NCBI RefSeq assembly: GCF_001194135.2
Contig: NC_068987.1
Coordinates: 15,862,002 to 15,925,925 of the forward strand
From: Octopus bimaculoides
Lineage: Eukaryota
Length of the DNA: 63,924 nucleotides
Direction: 5' to 3'
Shown here: piece after piece, positions 1 through 10,215 of the stretch
Layout: every line of letters begins with the position of its first letter
Position numbering within the stretch: position 1 is the stretch's first letter
Program-made: the position numbers and the translations under genes
Notes under the pieces: generated by a model
The model's input: only the letters and a program-made list of their open reading frames with translations
What the model was told of the DNA's origin: nothing
Databases searched by the model: none

Positions 1-345
1 AATGTTCAGCTTTTCTCTCAAGATACTTACACTCTGACGGGTATTCACATTGACATTACACATCCAACGGAGCATACTGGCTTCATTCCTTGCGAGCTTA
101 CGTATGTCCTCAGCAGTTACAGCCCATGTTTCACTGCCATGTAGCATGGTTGTTCGTACGCATGCGTCATACAGTCTGCCTTTTACTCTGAGTGAGTCCC
201 TTTGTCGCCAGCAGGGGTAAGAGCTCTCTAAACTTTGCCCAGGCTATTCTTATTGTAGCAGCTACACTTTCAGCGCACCCACCCCCACTACTAACTTGGT
301 CGCCCAGATAGCGGAAGCTATCGACTACCTCTAGTTTTTCACCAT
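1..345 (-). mobile_element. RTE-clade LINE ORF2 fragment (RT C-terminal region), frameshifted
   Basis: EKLEVVDSFRYLGDQVSSGGGC...RIAWAKFRELLPLL, then in another frame KGRLYDACVRTTMLHGSETWAVTAEDIRKLARNEASMLRWMCNV. Confidence 0.9.
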
Positions 346-1571
346 ATATATATATATTTATATAATGCATGTGTATATGCATACACACACACACAAGCAG
401 AGAATCATTATTATACTGGACAAAAGACTTGGCATTTCTTCCAGTTCTGTACACTGAGTTCAAATTCCCCTGATGTCAACTTTGCCTTCCCTTTTGGGGG
501 TTGACAAAATAAGTACCAGGCACTGGGTATGATGTAACTGGTGTGCCCCATCACTCTAAAATTAATGACCTCATGTCAGAATTTGAAACTAATCTTCACT
601 ACATTTGGTGTACTTTTCTACTCTAGGCAAACGGCCTGAAATTTTTGTGGAGGGGGCCAGTCAATTAGATCGACTTCTCCTCCCTCTCCAGTATGGAACT
701 GATACTTAATTTATTCACCCCAAAAGGATGAAAGGCAAAGTTGGCCTCAGCAGAATTTGAATGTAAAAGACGTGAAATACTGCTAAGCATTTTTCCTGCT
801 ATGCTAACTTTTCTGCCAGCTTGCTGCCTTACTACATTGGGTATACCGATATTCAAATGATACAGTTGATTAACTGTAGCTTATTACTGATCAAGCAGAT
901 CTTTGATTAAGGGCATTCCGGCTATCTTTTTGTATATCAGAGAGTGCATTATAACTAACATGCTCATTGTTTTTAAGGCTGTAGGGTGTGATTTGGGGGT
1001 GATTTTGTTGCTATTTCTAACAGGATAAATAATGACTTAGATTTTCTTATTGACTCAACTCTTTGTTTCACCTCAGGTCAGCTTTGATCAGAGACCTATG
1101 GTCAAAGACCATTTCAACTGTGACCAATGTGTCCTTTTTTTCTTCTTTTTTTTGTATACCATTTTAAACAATACCTTTTTAAGATATGACTGCTATTTCT
1201 AGCAGAATAAGCAACCACATAGATGTTTCATTGCAGCTCAACTTCTGTTTGTCATCATAAACATAGTTTTTCAAAATAAATTTCTAAACAATTTTATTTT
1301 TCTACTATAAATAGAGATTTTGTGTATATTTGCTTAGTGATTCATGTAAAATATTTTAAATGTTTTAGTCAGGCGATAGTAGCAGTGCCCATAACTTTCA
1401 CACACTATTGTGAAATTGATACAGTTCAATTTGAACATCTACAAGTTGGTCTCTAAGAAGGGCATTCCTACCATTACAGCATGTTAAAACCTTGTTGATG
1501 GTGTTCAATGAAACAGTAGTGTGTGGATGTCATTTTTTGAATCATTTAATTCCCTAATGATTTTAGCTTAC

Positions 1572-1696
1572 TATTTAGCTTTTCTTGTCTGAGATCTAAT
1601 AGAATATGTTCTGATGTTAAGATGGGCAGCATAGTGATCAAGGAGGATTTCTGTACTATATTTTCTTCATGTAATTGTTTTGTTGTGACACTAATG
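1572..1696 (-). CDS. Unidentified minus-strand gene, exon: NISVTTKQLHEENIVQKSSLITMLPILTSEHILLDLRQEKLN
   Basis: caattttAG acceptor, GTAAGC donor, 125 nt, phase 2-1, open in the frame set by the upstream exons. Read-through would end SKLKSLGN-stop, so it may be terminal. Confidence 0.65.
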
Positions 1697-2651
1697 CTAA
1701 AATTGCACCACTGTGTGGTTGATTGTGCAAAAGTATACTAGAGGTGAAGGCAGGGCTGTTGCTAAGCTCCTGCAACCCCTGTAGTCACAGGGGACCTCCA
1801 CAGTTGAGGGTCCCCATGTTAAGATCAAAGTACGTAGGTGAGTCATCTGTTTACTTTGGTTAAGATGTTGAACAAGAATTAAACTATTTGTAATAGGCAT
1901 AAATAAATTTAACTTATTCTTTTAAAGATGTTCTTTAAGATAACAGGAAATATTGAACTTGAGATAAAATAAAGTAAAATATAACTATGAATAAAAGGTG
2001 TGTAGATTATGAATTTTGATTGAAGGGATGGGGCCTCGAAACAAAAAATTGCTGGGTAGGGCTCTCTAAAAGTCATGTGACTGAGGTGGGTGAAGGTAAT
2101 GATAATAGAGCATCCAACATTATTTCACCAGAAAACTTTGCTTAAGTCAATAAGGTTGTTTTTTTTTGTTTGTTTTTTTTTGCTTGAAGCCTAAAGCATT
2201 TGTGTTCAACATTGGGTCAACAAAACATTGGTTAATTATACAAATCAAATTGGTCTTTCAGCCTTCTTCATGGTGGGGGTTGATTATATTAAGACCAGTC
2301 ATGTACTGGGGACATTTAACTTTGCTCTATCCTTCGCTAAAATATGTGATGTTCCATATTAGAAATCAATAACAGGTAGGGCTGAATGTTTAACAAGTTT
2401 GCTATGCTGTCATGTGTCATTGGGTTCAATCTTTGCACAACACGTTTTGATAAGTACCTTCTACCATTGTCTTGGGTTGATGAATACCTTATAAATGAAA
2501 TTTGGTGTACAGAAACTGTGCTGAACCTCGTATGAATGGGGGCAGGGAAAGATTACCAATAGATTAGTCAGATACAAATATTTTATGCCCCTTATGCCAA
2601 GGTGGGCTTATCAGTTCAAATAGAAATTTAGAAAATAAGTGCCAGACTAAC

Positions 2652-2713
2652 TTCTGCAGGGTTAATATTAATTGACAAAAAATCTTTAAAGATGGTCTCC
2701 CAGCATAGCCATC
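2652..2713 (-). CDS. Unidentified minus-strand gene, exon: DGYAGRPSLKIFCQLILTLQ
   Basis: tctttgaacAG / GTTAGT, 62 nt, phase 0-2; 102-nt intron to the next upstream exon. Confidence 0.7.
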
Positions 2714-2815
2714 CTGTTCAAAGACTAGAACTAATAAAAGAATAAATAGTTTGGTTGCTTAATGCAGTAAACTGTACCTCCAGATAGTGTCTATGGAGGG
2801 ATTAGTAAAAATTAC

Positions 2816-2859
2816 CTTTGCTATATTGGAAAGTCTTTGATCTTTTGACAAGCTGCTAC
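2816..2859 (-). CDS. Unidentified minus-strand gene, exon: GSSLSKDQRLSNIAK
   Basis: tttgtttctaaAG / GTAATT, 44 nt, phase 1-0. Confidence 0.7.
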
Positions 2860-3155
2860 CTTTAGAAACAAACTAGCATACCTGTGACTCCCATGCAATA
2901 TTTTATTCCTTTTTACTCATTTTTCTTTCCATAATATTCAATATATCTATTAATTTGTACTAATAAATTGAAAAATGTAAGACAATTTCTGAAGCAAAAA
3001 ATTAAACCTGATTACTAATCAGTTTTTTTTTTTTTTTTAATTGCTGAATCATCTCTTGACTTTCTCATAAATCAGATGTAAAAATAAAAAAACCCATAGT
3101 CATTCACTTGCTAATTAAGGTACCCATTAATCATAATCACTGTTGGCCCTCCTAC

Positions 3156-3300
3156 CTTTGACCTCATAGAACCTCCAGGATTTGACAGCTGGAGGGAGGG
3201 AGAAATTAATTGTTTTATACATAACTTCTTCCTTTTTCCGCAATATCATTTGTCCTTGAGCAGGGTGTTCCCCATAAAGCAGGATTCTTACTGCTTCAGT
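3156..3300 (-). CDS. Unidentified minus-strand gene, exon: TEAVRILLYGEHPAQGQMILRKKEEVMYKTINFSLPPAVKSWRFYEVK
   Basis: ttgtaccAG / GTAGGA, 145 nt, phase 0-1; lies within ORF 3127..3309; globular-like composition. Confidence 0.75.
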
Positions 3301-3473
3301 CTGGTACAATTTTAACTTGAGGCTAGCTTTACTCAGCTCACTTGCTCAGCTACCATACAGCATATAAATAGTAATGCATTATAGAAGATTTACGTTAGTT
3401 TAACTGTCATGAAGTTTACAAATTCTCCTAAATTTGAATGTTAAGATGGAAATCTTGATGTTCTGAGAAACAC

Positions 3474-3540
3474 CTTAAGTGACAAAAAAATTTTTCTCTG
3501 TCCAAAAGTACAGCTTTTGAAATTCATCTTTCCATGGCTG
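3474..3540 (-). CDS. Unidentified minus-strand gene, exon: SHGKMNFKSCTFGQRKIFLSLK
   Basis: tttgtatactctAG (NAGNAG) / AAG-GTGTTT, 67 nt, phase 2-0; contains a possible in-frame ATG. Confidence 0.62.
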
Positions 3541-4149
3541 CTAGAGTATACAAACTTAAATAAATTTACAAATTACAATAAATCAATTTTGTCCTGCAGA
3601 GCATATTTTCCTTAGATTCTGGTTTTTATTTGTGGTATCCTGATCTTATTCATACAGGCATTACTGTGCTTTTTGTTTGTTTATTTATTTTTGCCCTTTG
3701 CTACATTTCCCTGGCATCTAGGCATCATATGATACACATTCCTGTTTTTTTTTTTCCAAACGTAACTTGGGATTTATAAAACGAAAGCTTATATTACTCA
3801 GAACATGTGAAACAAGGGCTAACTTGGTCTGAAAACAAACATGGACATTTAGAATAAACTTATGAAGCTACTTTTGATAGACAAAAGGTTAATTAAAGCA
3901 AAGATGCTATTCTGCTTTCCATGTTATCATCTTCAATCAGCAAATTTGTATTTTATGCTTACATAATTTTATAACCAGCTTATTTCTTTCTTTCTGTCTG
4001 TCATCGTCTCTTTCTCTCTCTCACTGCAATTGTCTTCCTCCTAAACAATCTGTAACTGATAAGTTAACACAATTTGTTCATTTGATAACAATTATATATT
4101 GGGTTATCACATAATTTTCATTAGTCTGGCATTGGTTTATTATTGAGTA

Positions 4150-4183
4150 ATGGAAGGAGATGGTGAGCATCAAGGTTCTGTTG
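4150..4183 (+). CDS. MCOLN: Mucolipin candidate coding exon 1 (MEGDGEHQGSV + G, phase 1)
   Basis: ATG 4150 (gtaATGg) with in-frame TGA at 4144; acceptor ttttcattAG at 4124; donor GTAAGT at 4184. The terminal G plus AC at 13668-13669 gives GAC, in frame with ATG 13670. No homology support for this short peptide. Confidence 0.55.
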
Positions 4184-4388
4184 GTAAGTTCTTTTGCTTC
4201 TCAGTTTGGAATCTACTCTGACTTGTGTTGCTAATGTCCCAGGAAATGATCTAATCTGCACATTAGAAAGTCCTGTTTACTTTTGTAAACTATGTTTGAG
4301 GAAGTGTGAGTACTGATAGGGTGTATGACTGTGTGTATTGTATTTCCTGTTTTCTTTTTATTATTGCCTGTTTATAAGCCACAACCAG

Positions 4389-4770
4389 TGGAGGCGCAAT
4401 GGTCCAGTGGTTGGGGCAGCGGACTCGCGGTCATAGGACCGCGGTCTCGATTCCCAGACCGGACATTGTGAGTGTTTATTGAGCGAAAACACCTAAAGCT
4501 CCACGAGGCTCCGGCAGGGGATGGTGGCGAACCCTGCTGTACTCTTTCACCACAACTTTCTCTCACTCTTACTTCCTGTTTCTGTTGTGCCTGTAATTCA
4601 AAGGGTCAGCCTTGTCACACTGTCACGCTGAATACCTCCCGAGAACTACATTAAGTGTACACATGTCTGTGGAGTGCTCAGCCACTTGCACGTTAATTTC
4701 ACGAGCAGGCTGTTCCGTTGATCAGATCAACTGGAACCCTCGACGTCGTAAGCGACGGAGTGCGAACGAC
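4389..4770 (+). mobile_element. Young full-length tRNA-derived SINE with 15-bp target-site duplication
   Basis: A box TGGTCCAGTGG 4400-4410, B box GGTCTCGATTCC 4443-4454, CpGs retained; TSD ATAAGCCACAACCAG at 4374-4388 and 4771-4785. Confidence 0.9.
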
Positions 4771-5173
4771 ATAAGCCACAACCAGAGCCTAGACAACTGT
4801 CTAAGTTTGATTCTTATTTTGCTGATGACTTGGAGAAATATAGGAACATTCTAACCTCCTGCTCTCCCTCTTTTTTTTTTTTTTATACCAGTGTAGCTCT
4901 GTACTGAAGAACTAAGACCTCGGTCTCAATTGGTTAAACAAGGGCAGTAGAAATTATAGCACTGAAGATAGAAACCTCCTCATATCTTGCTCTCCCTTTA
5001 CTATACAAATGTAGCTCTGTGCTAAAGAAGTAATACCTCCATCCCAATTGGTCTAACAAAGGCAGTGGAGCAGTAGTAGTAATGGTATTGCTGAACTAAG
5101 CTCTTTTAGTTTCACTTTCAGATTTATTTACTGCTTTCGGCCATTAAGCCATAACCATTCTAAGTCCACACCT

Positions 5174-5399
5174 TTAACCATCTAGAATTCAGATTACTCT
5201 ATCAAATGAAATGTTTATTTAATCACTGTTTTCAATTAATCATGCATTATCTTGAAGCTTTGAGATTTCGATGATGTGATTACTTATTTTTAGATTGACA
5301 TTGTAGAATAGGCGTGATAGGCTGGATATGGCTGGTTTGAACATAAAGCAGGTAGGATATCTGGGCCGGATGTCGCCAGTTTGAATGCTAACGGGTTAA
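5174..5399. mobile_element. TTAA-bounded MITE (piggyBac-like ends TTAACC...GGGTTAA); related copies at 10388-10600, 13258-13449 and about 26455-26660
   Basis: Shared core (tgaattaatcatgcattatctc..agctttgagatttc..tgatg) and TTAA/CCC-GGG type termini in several copies. Confidence 0.65.
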
Positions 5400-6626
5400 G
5401 GCGTTTTAGTTTATTATACCCACAAACTTCCAGTACTTATTTCATCCTGATATTAACTCCATCAACTGGCTAAATTACTTTTTGATGCAATGAAACACAA
5501 CTTGATGCTCTATTTTATGACAGTAAACTAAGTGCCAATCACATACTGGAGTCGAATCACTCTCCCTCCTCCTCTATGAACAAAGATCTCGTGTCAACAT
5601 AACATATTTAATACTGCACTGAGTTGTTTAGCCCAGGTCAGATATTATCAAGCAGACCTATGATCCAAACGATTTACCCATGACCATCTTATATTAGATA
5701 ATATAGATACATTATCTGAAAAAGTCTTTTTAGCATAGTTGGATTTAAGAGAAATTTAGCTATTTCTAGTAGGTTGAGTGAACATACAAGTTTTTTTACA
5801 TAACTCACATATTACAGTTAGTAGATATAGAAGCTCTGTTGCAAGTGTCATATTGTCACCTTAGTCAAGAGACTTTACTCTACTTGCTTTGTAATTTGCA
5901 TTCATTTAAGCAGTATGTGATTTGTGAATTTGTGTTACTAAGTTATAAAGGAAGCTTGCTTTTGAATTTTCATAGGAACTTATTGAATTCACTTGTAAAA
6001 ATCCTTTAAGAATGCCTATTTATCACAATTTCTAGTGTCTTTTCCTCAATGAAAAATTTTAAAAGATCAACCTTGTTATTGACTTAATATTTTGGTTAAT
6101 TTCCTGCTTGGGTACCAGTGCTCTAACCCTTTCATTACCATATTCCTAATTGAAATAGAATACCCTCATTTCATTTAGGTAATTGCAATTAATTATGAAA
6201 ATGGCAAAGAATTTAAATAAGATAACTTTATTAACAGACTGGTATTTGTAACATTTAAATGAACTTTTTGGCTGTATCTGGCCTCTCACACCTACCCTAC
6301 AATGTCATTCTAAAAATAAACAAATCACATCATCAGAAATCTTGAAGCTATGAGATAATACATAATTGATTTAAAACCATGAAGAATAAGCATAACATTC
6401 ACTTGTTTAGCAACCATGTGGTTTCAGGTTCATGTGGTTTCAGGTTCATGTGGTTTGCATGGCACCTTGGGCAGATGTCTTCTATTATAGCCTTAGGTGT
6501 CTTCTATTATAGCCTCTTCTATAATGCCTTGTGAGTGAATGTAAAATGTGTTGAAGCCCAACTGTATGTCAAACCATCGAAATCATGCCAGCTTGGAAAA
6601 AGGAAATTAGATGTGATAATGATATA

Positions 6627-6849
6627 CAGGGGGGGGGGGGGCTGAAAACTTCCTGGCTTTAAGAGTATCATCAAAGGCTTGGTTGGAGGCCCAACCTTCC
6701 AAGTGCTTTCACAGGGCTTAGAAAAACTGAGAGAGTACTGCAATATGTGTGTGAATCTGAGAGGGGGAATATGTTGAATAAGATCATAATTAACTGATCC
6801 TCCTGTATTTCCTTTTACTCAAAGCCAGGATCTTTTCAGCACCCCTTCG
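6627..6849 (+). mobile_element. Non-autonomous mariner/Tc1 element (internally deleted)
   Basis: TA on both sides; TIRs GCTGAAAACTTCCTGGCTTT / AAAGCCAGGATCTTTTCAGC; internal remnant GLEKLREYCNMCVNLRGEYVE-stop resembles a mariner transposase C-terminus. Confidence 0.88.
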
Positions 6850-7046
6850 TATATGTATGCATGTCTTTGTCCCCAAACTACCACTGGAGAACCAGTGTTG
6901 GTTTGTTTACATCCTCTCAACTTAGTGTTTCAGCAAAAGGAATAGGATGGATAAGTGCCAGATTTAGAAAATTAGTACTGAGGTTGATTTGTTAAACTAA
7001 ATCCTTCACGGTAATACTCCAGCATACCTGCAATCCAATGACTTAC

Positions 7047-7218
7047 ACAAGTAAACGATAAAACGTTTTACATAAAATATATGAGCAGCTTATTGTATAC
7101 AGTGGTTCAGGTTCACTACACTCACAACATCGGTGCAAGTGTATCCAAGTTTCTGTATGGATATCTATGGTTTTATATTGCATCCTTTTTGGTTGTTTCT
7201 TGTATTTCTTTATTAGTT
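7047..7218 (-). CDS. Candidate 5' exon of the minus-strand gene: ELIKKYKKQPKRMQYKTIDIHTETWIHLHRCCECSEPEPLYTISCSYILCKTFYRLL
   Basis: 56 open codons ending at a GTAAGT donor (7046), phase 2, which links to exon 3474-3540. Acceptor uncertain (weak aaatAG; other in-frame AGs lie inside). Confidence 0.45.
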
Positions 7219-7376
7219 CTATTTACCTTTAGTTAAACAAATAAGTGTTTCTACAGATGGTTTATTTATCTTCCTTCGATAAGCAACATTCACGACTGTT
7301 TTACCCCCACTTTAGACGAGTGTTTCCGAAATACACTGCTGGGAGGAAGGGGTAGGTAATAAAACAAAGAAATAAC

Positions 7377-7518
7377 CTGTTGGATTTCTAATCAGATAGT
7401 CTCCATTTCCACATAGTCTGCAGACATCATGTTGTACTCTTTTTATACAAGGGCTTCTAAATCACATGATGCAATATGGCACTCCCACCGAGCAGCTAGC
7501 GAAAGCAGACACATCCAG
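7377..7518 (-). CDS. Candidate 5' exon with in-frame TGA: LDVSAFASCSVGVPYCIM(TGA)FRSPCIKRVQHDVCRLCGNGDYLIRNPT
   Basis: Strong tatttttacAG acceptor, CAG-GTTATT donor, 142 nt, phase 0-1; one in-frame TGA at 7462-7464; the other two frames are also closed. Confidence 0.42.
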
Positions 7519-7610
7519 CTGTAAAAATATTCACATTTACCAAAAGTCATCATTATTATTGTTATTATTATTATAACTAGCATTGAAATATATAAAACAG
7601 TTGCTCCTAC

Positions 7611-7811
7611 TTAAAAAGAGAGGAAATTATTGCAATGTTGGCATTCTTTAAATTTCGGTAAATGAATGCATTGCTTCGTTGGCCTTTCTTTAATACTTAA
7701 ATCAGTTTTGGCTGCTGTTTCCTGTAGTGAGCTGCTGCTGTTGTTCACCAGGGTTGAGTTGAGGAACAACAACAATGAATGAGATGTACAAGCTCTTGTA
7801 TAAAAGCACAT
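7611..7811 (-). CDS. ATG-initiated 66-aa ORF (MCFY...KECQHCNNFLSF) whose TAA abuts a GTAGGA donor; possible first exon of the minus-strand gene
   Basis: ORF track 7611..7811; AT-rich 92-nt GT-AG intron 7519-7610 joins it in frame to the next candidate exon. Confidence 0.33.
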   Translation of the reverse strand: MCFYTRACTSHSLLLFLNSTLVNNSSSSLQETAAKTDLSIKERPTKQCIHLPKFKECQHCNNFLSF

Positions 7812-8082
7812 GTTGGCAGTAGACTGTATGGAAATTGATTGTTCAAACTCATTTTTTAACGGGCTTTTCTTGGACTGTATAATCCATTATACCCCACTTT
7901 CAAGTGTAAGGTGTGGTTTGAGGGTGGTTTCCGTTGCTATTTCTTGAAATTTGGATGATCATGTAAAAGCTCCTTTATTCGCTCAATATATTTTGAGTTG
8001 GCAAGAGACTGAAGCTCCAACAACTTTTTAAGTGTTTGGTTCTGTCTGCTGCAGAATTTGAGTTAAAAATGTAAATTTATTT

Positions 8083-8456
8083 ACAGGCATAGTTGTGTGG
8101 TTAAGAAGTTTGCTTCCCAACCACACGGTTCCAAGTTCAATCCTATTGCATGACACCTTGGGCAAGTGTCTTCTGTAACCTCAGACCAACCAACGTCTTG
8201 CGAGAGTAAATTTGGCAGACATAAATTGTGTGTACGTGTGCACATGCGCAAGTGTATGTTTGTGTTTGCCCCACCCCCACTGCTTGACAACTGGTGTTGG
8301 TTTGTTTACATCCCTGTAACCTTGTGCTTCAGCGAAAGACTCCAATACAATGAGTATCACTTAAAATAGGCACTGGGGTCCACTTTGTATGATTAAATCT
8401 ACAAAGTGGTGCTCTAACTTGGGTGCAGTCCAATGAGTAAAACAAGTAAGAGAGTA
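8083..8456 (+). mobile_element. tRNA-derived SINE, abundant family (head gtgtggttaagaagtttgcttcccaaccac...accttgggcaagtgtcttct)
   Basis: Pol III-like head; many copies in the window on both strands. Confidence 0.8.
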
Positions 8457-9158
8457 TAGTTATGTCAAATGTAATGTTTAAATTTAAAATCAGATAAGAC
8501 AAATATGGTATCACTTTTGACCTTGTTCCATAGTTTAATTTACTGTTCGATGGAAAAAATGTTAATTTTTCATTAAATTTTCTGCATAATTTTAAATCCA
8601 TTCATATCAGTACCAATCTTTTTAAAATTAAACCATATCTTTCTGAATCTAATGAGGTAAGCCTCTACAGGAGTCATTTGAGTTGTTAAAAATAGCAGTT
8701 AAATTATCAAGTCACACCCTACCATTAAAAAAAAAATGGAAGGAGATATTTGAATAAAATGTGGTTCTGTATACACTGAAGTTGAAAAAAAGATGGGATG
8801 ATCATAGCTGGAATGCTTGCAATTATAGGTCTTCTTGATGAGGGCTAATTTGTAGGCTTAATAGTAAGCAATTCTCTGTATGTTCTTTTTGACTTCCCTG
8901 ATAATTGAACATCCATCATACAGGTTAGTCCTAGAAGCCTGACTGCTGCTACCCAAACTACTAGAAATGGCAGCCAATCTCTCTTATAACATACTTTGCT
9001 GTCTTAAAAAGGAAGGGACACATTGGTCAAATCTTAGATATGAAATGTTTGAGAGAGTACCATGGTGAATCCTTTTGGACAAAAGGTCAAATTGACTAAT
9101 AAGATGTTCTTTTTGTTATCAACTTCAGTGCACTTGAGCACAGTATACAATTTCATTA

Positions 9159-10215
9159 TTTTTACCCTGCATGTGTAAGCGAAAGCAGGGTATTGTAATC
9201 ACTTGTTTTTGTCTGTGTGTTTGCAAAATTACTGGAAAACAGCTGAATGGATTTTTACCACACTTGGCAGAAATACTCATTGGGTGAGTGGCTTGAAATG
9301 AACATTTAGTTTGATTATCTTCGAAAAAAAAAAAAAAATGGACTTACAAATTTCCCGATAAGCAAGTGGTCATATTATTTTGTTCACTTTCTTTTCCATA
9401 TGAATCTACCCTCATCTGCATGTGTATAGATCATGGTGTATCTATGCGTGTAGACATGTGTGCGTAAATACATACAGAAATACATAGATTTGCAAAACTC
9501 TGTGTATGTACAATGATAGATTCAAGAGTTTCATTTATTTATGAGTTGACTTAATTTCGCTGGAGTATAAATGCCTGTAATGGTGATACTTAAAAAAAAA
9601 TAAACAAAAATCAAACTTTAAAATTTCCTGATAAGCAAGTAGTCATACTATTTTGTTCACTTTTTCATATGTCTACCATGATAGACATGTACGTACGTAC
9701 ATACATATGCGACTGTGTGTGTACAGCGATGGATTCAAGGGTTTCGTTTATTTACGAGTTGATTTAATTTCACTGGAATTTAAATACCTATAATGGTGAT
9801 GCTTAATTTATGACTTGATATCTTAATTTCACCAGAGTATAAATACCTATAATGGTGATATTAAAATAAATAAATATTGAACTTACAAATTTCCCGATAA
9901 GCAAGTGTTCACTTTTTCATATAAATTGACCCTCATCTGCATGTGTATAGATCATGGTGTACCTAAGTGCATAGTCACGTGCATGCATGCATACATAGAT
10001 ATGTGACTCTGTGTGTAAAGTGATGGACATGAGGGTTTCGTTTATTTACTAATTGGTTTCTTAATATCACTGAAGCATAAAAGGTGATACTTAAAAATAA
10101 AATAAAAATTCAGTTCAATTAAAAAGCATGGATAAATGACACATTGTAAGCCATACTATAATTTGTGAAGAACTTTATCTGTGTGCAGGGTATACATTGC
10201 CCCCTCCTTTTATTT
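9159..10215 (+). mobile_element. Helentron/DINE-like non-autonomous element containing a tandem array
   Basis: 5' T-run plus TACCCTGC...GCAGGGTA hairpin (9163-9192), 3' inverted TGCAGGGTA (10184-10192) with small hairpin and T-rich tail. Confidence 0.55.
9343..10110. repeat. Three diverged tandem units of about 270 bp (starts 9343, 9616, 9882)
   Basis: Each unit begins ctt.(c/a)aaatttcc(c/t)gataagcaagt; all three share gtttc(a/g)tttattta and (t/a)ggtgat motifs. Confidence 0.85.

Noticed and set aside
2327-2336. Alternative tiny last exon (NEG-stop) for the minus-strand gene
   Set aside because: Phase-compatible, but the 125-nt open exon at 1572-1696 is much better supported; kept only as a possible isoform
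3802-3832. 31-nt minus-strand micro-exon candidate (strong tttgttttcAG acceptor)
   Set aside because: Fits only if an internal GTGAGT donor in the 7047-7218 segment is used; cannot be decided without RNA data
4390-4460. tRNA-like A/B boxes here and at other SINE heads
   Set aside because: They continue into SINE bodies with TSD or tails; no complete cloverleaf, so not tRNA genes
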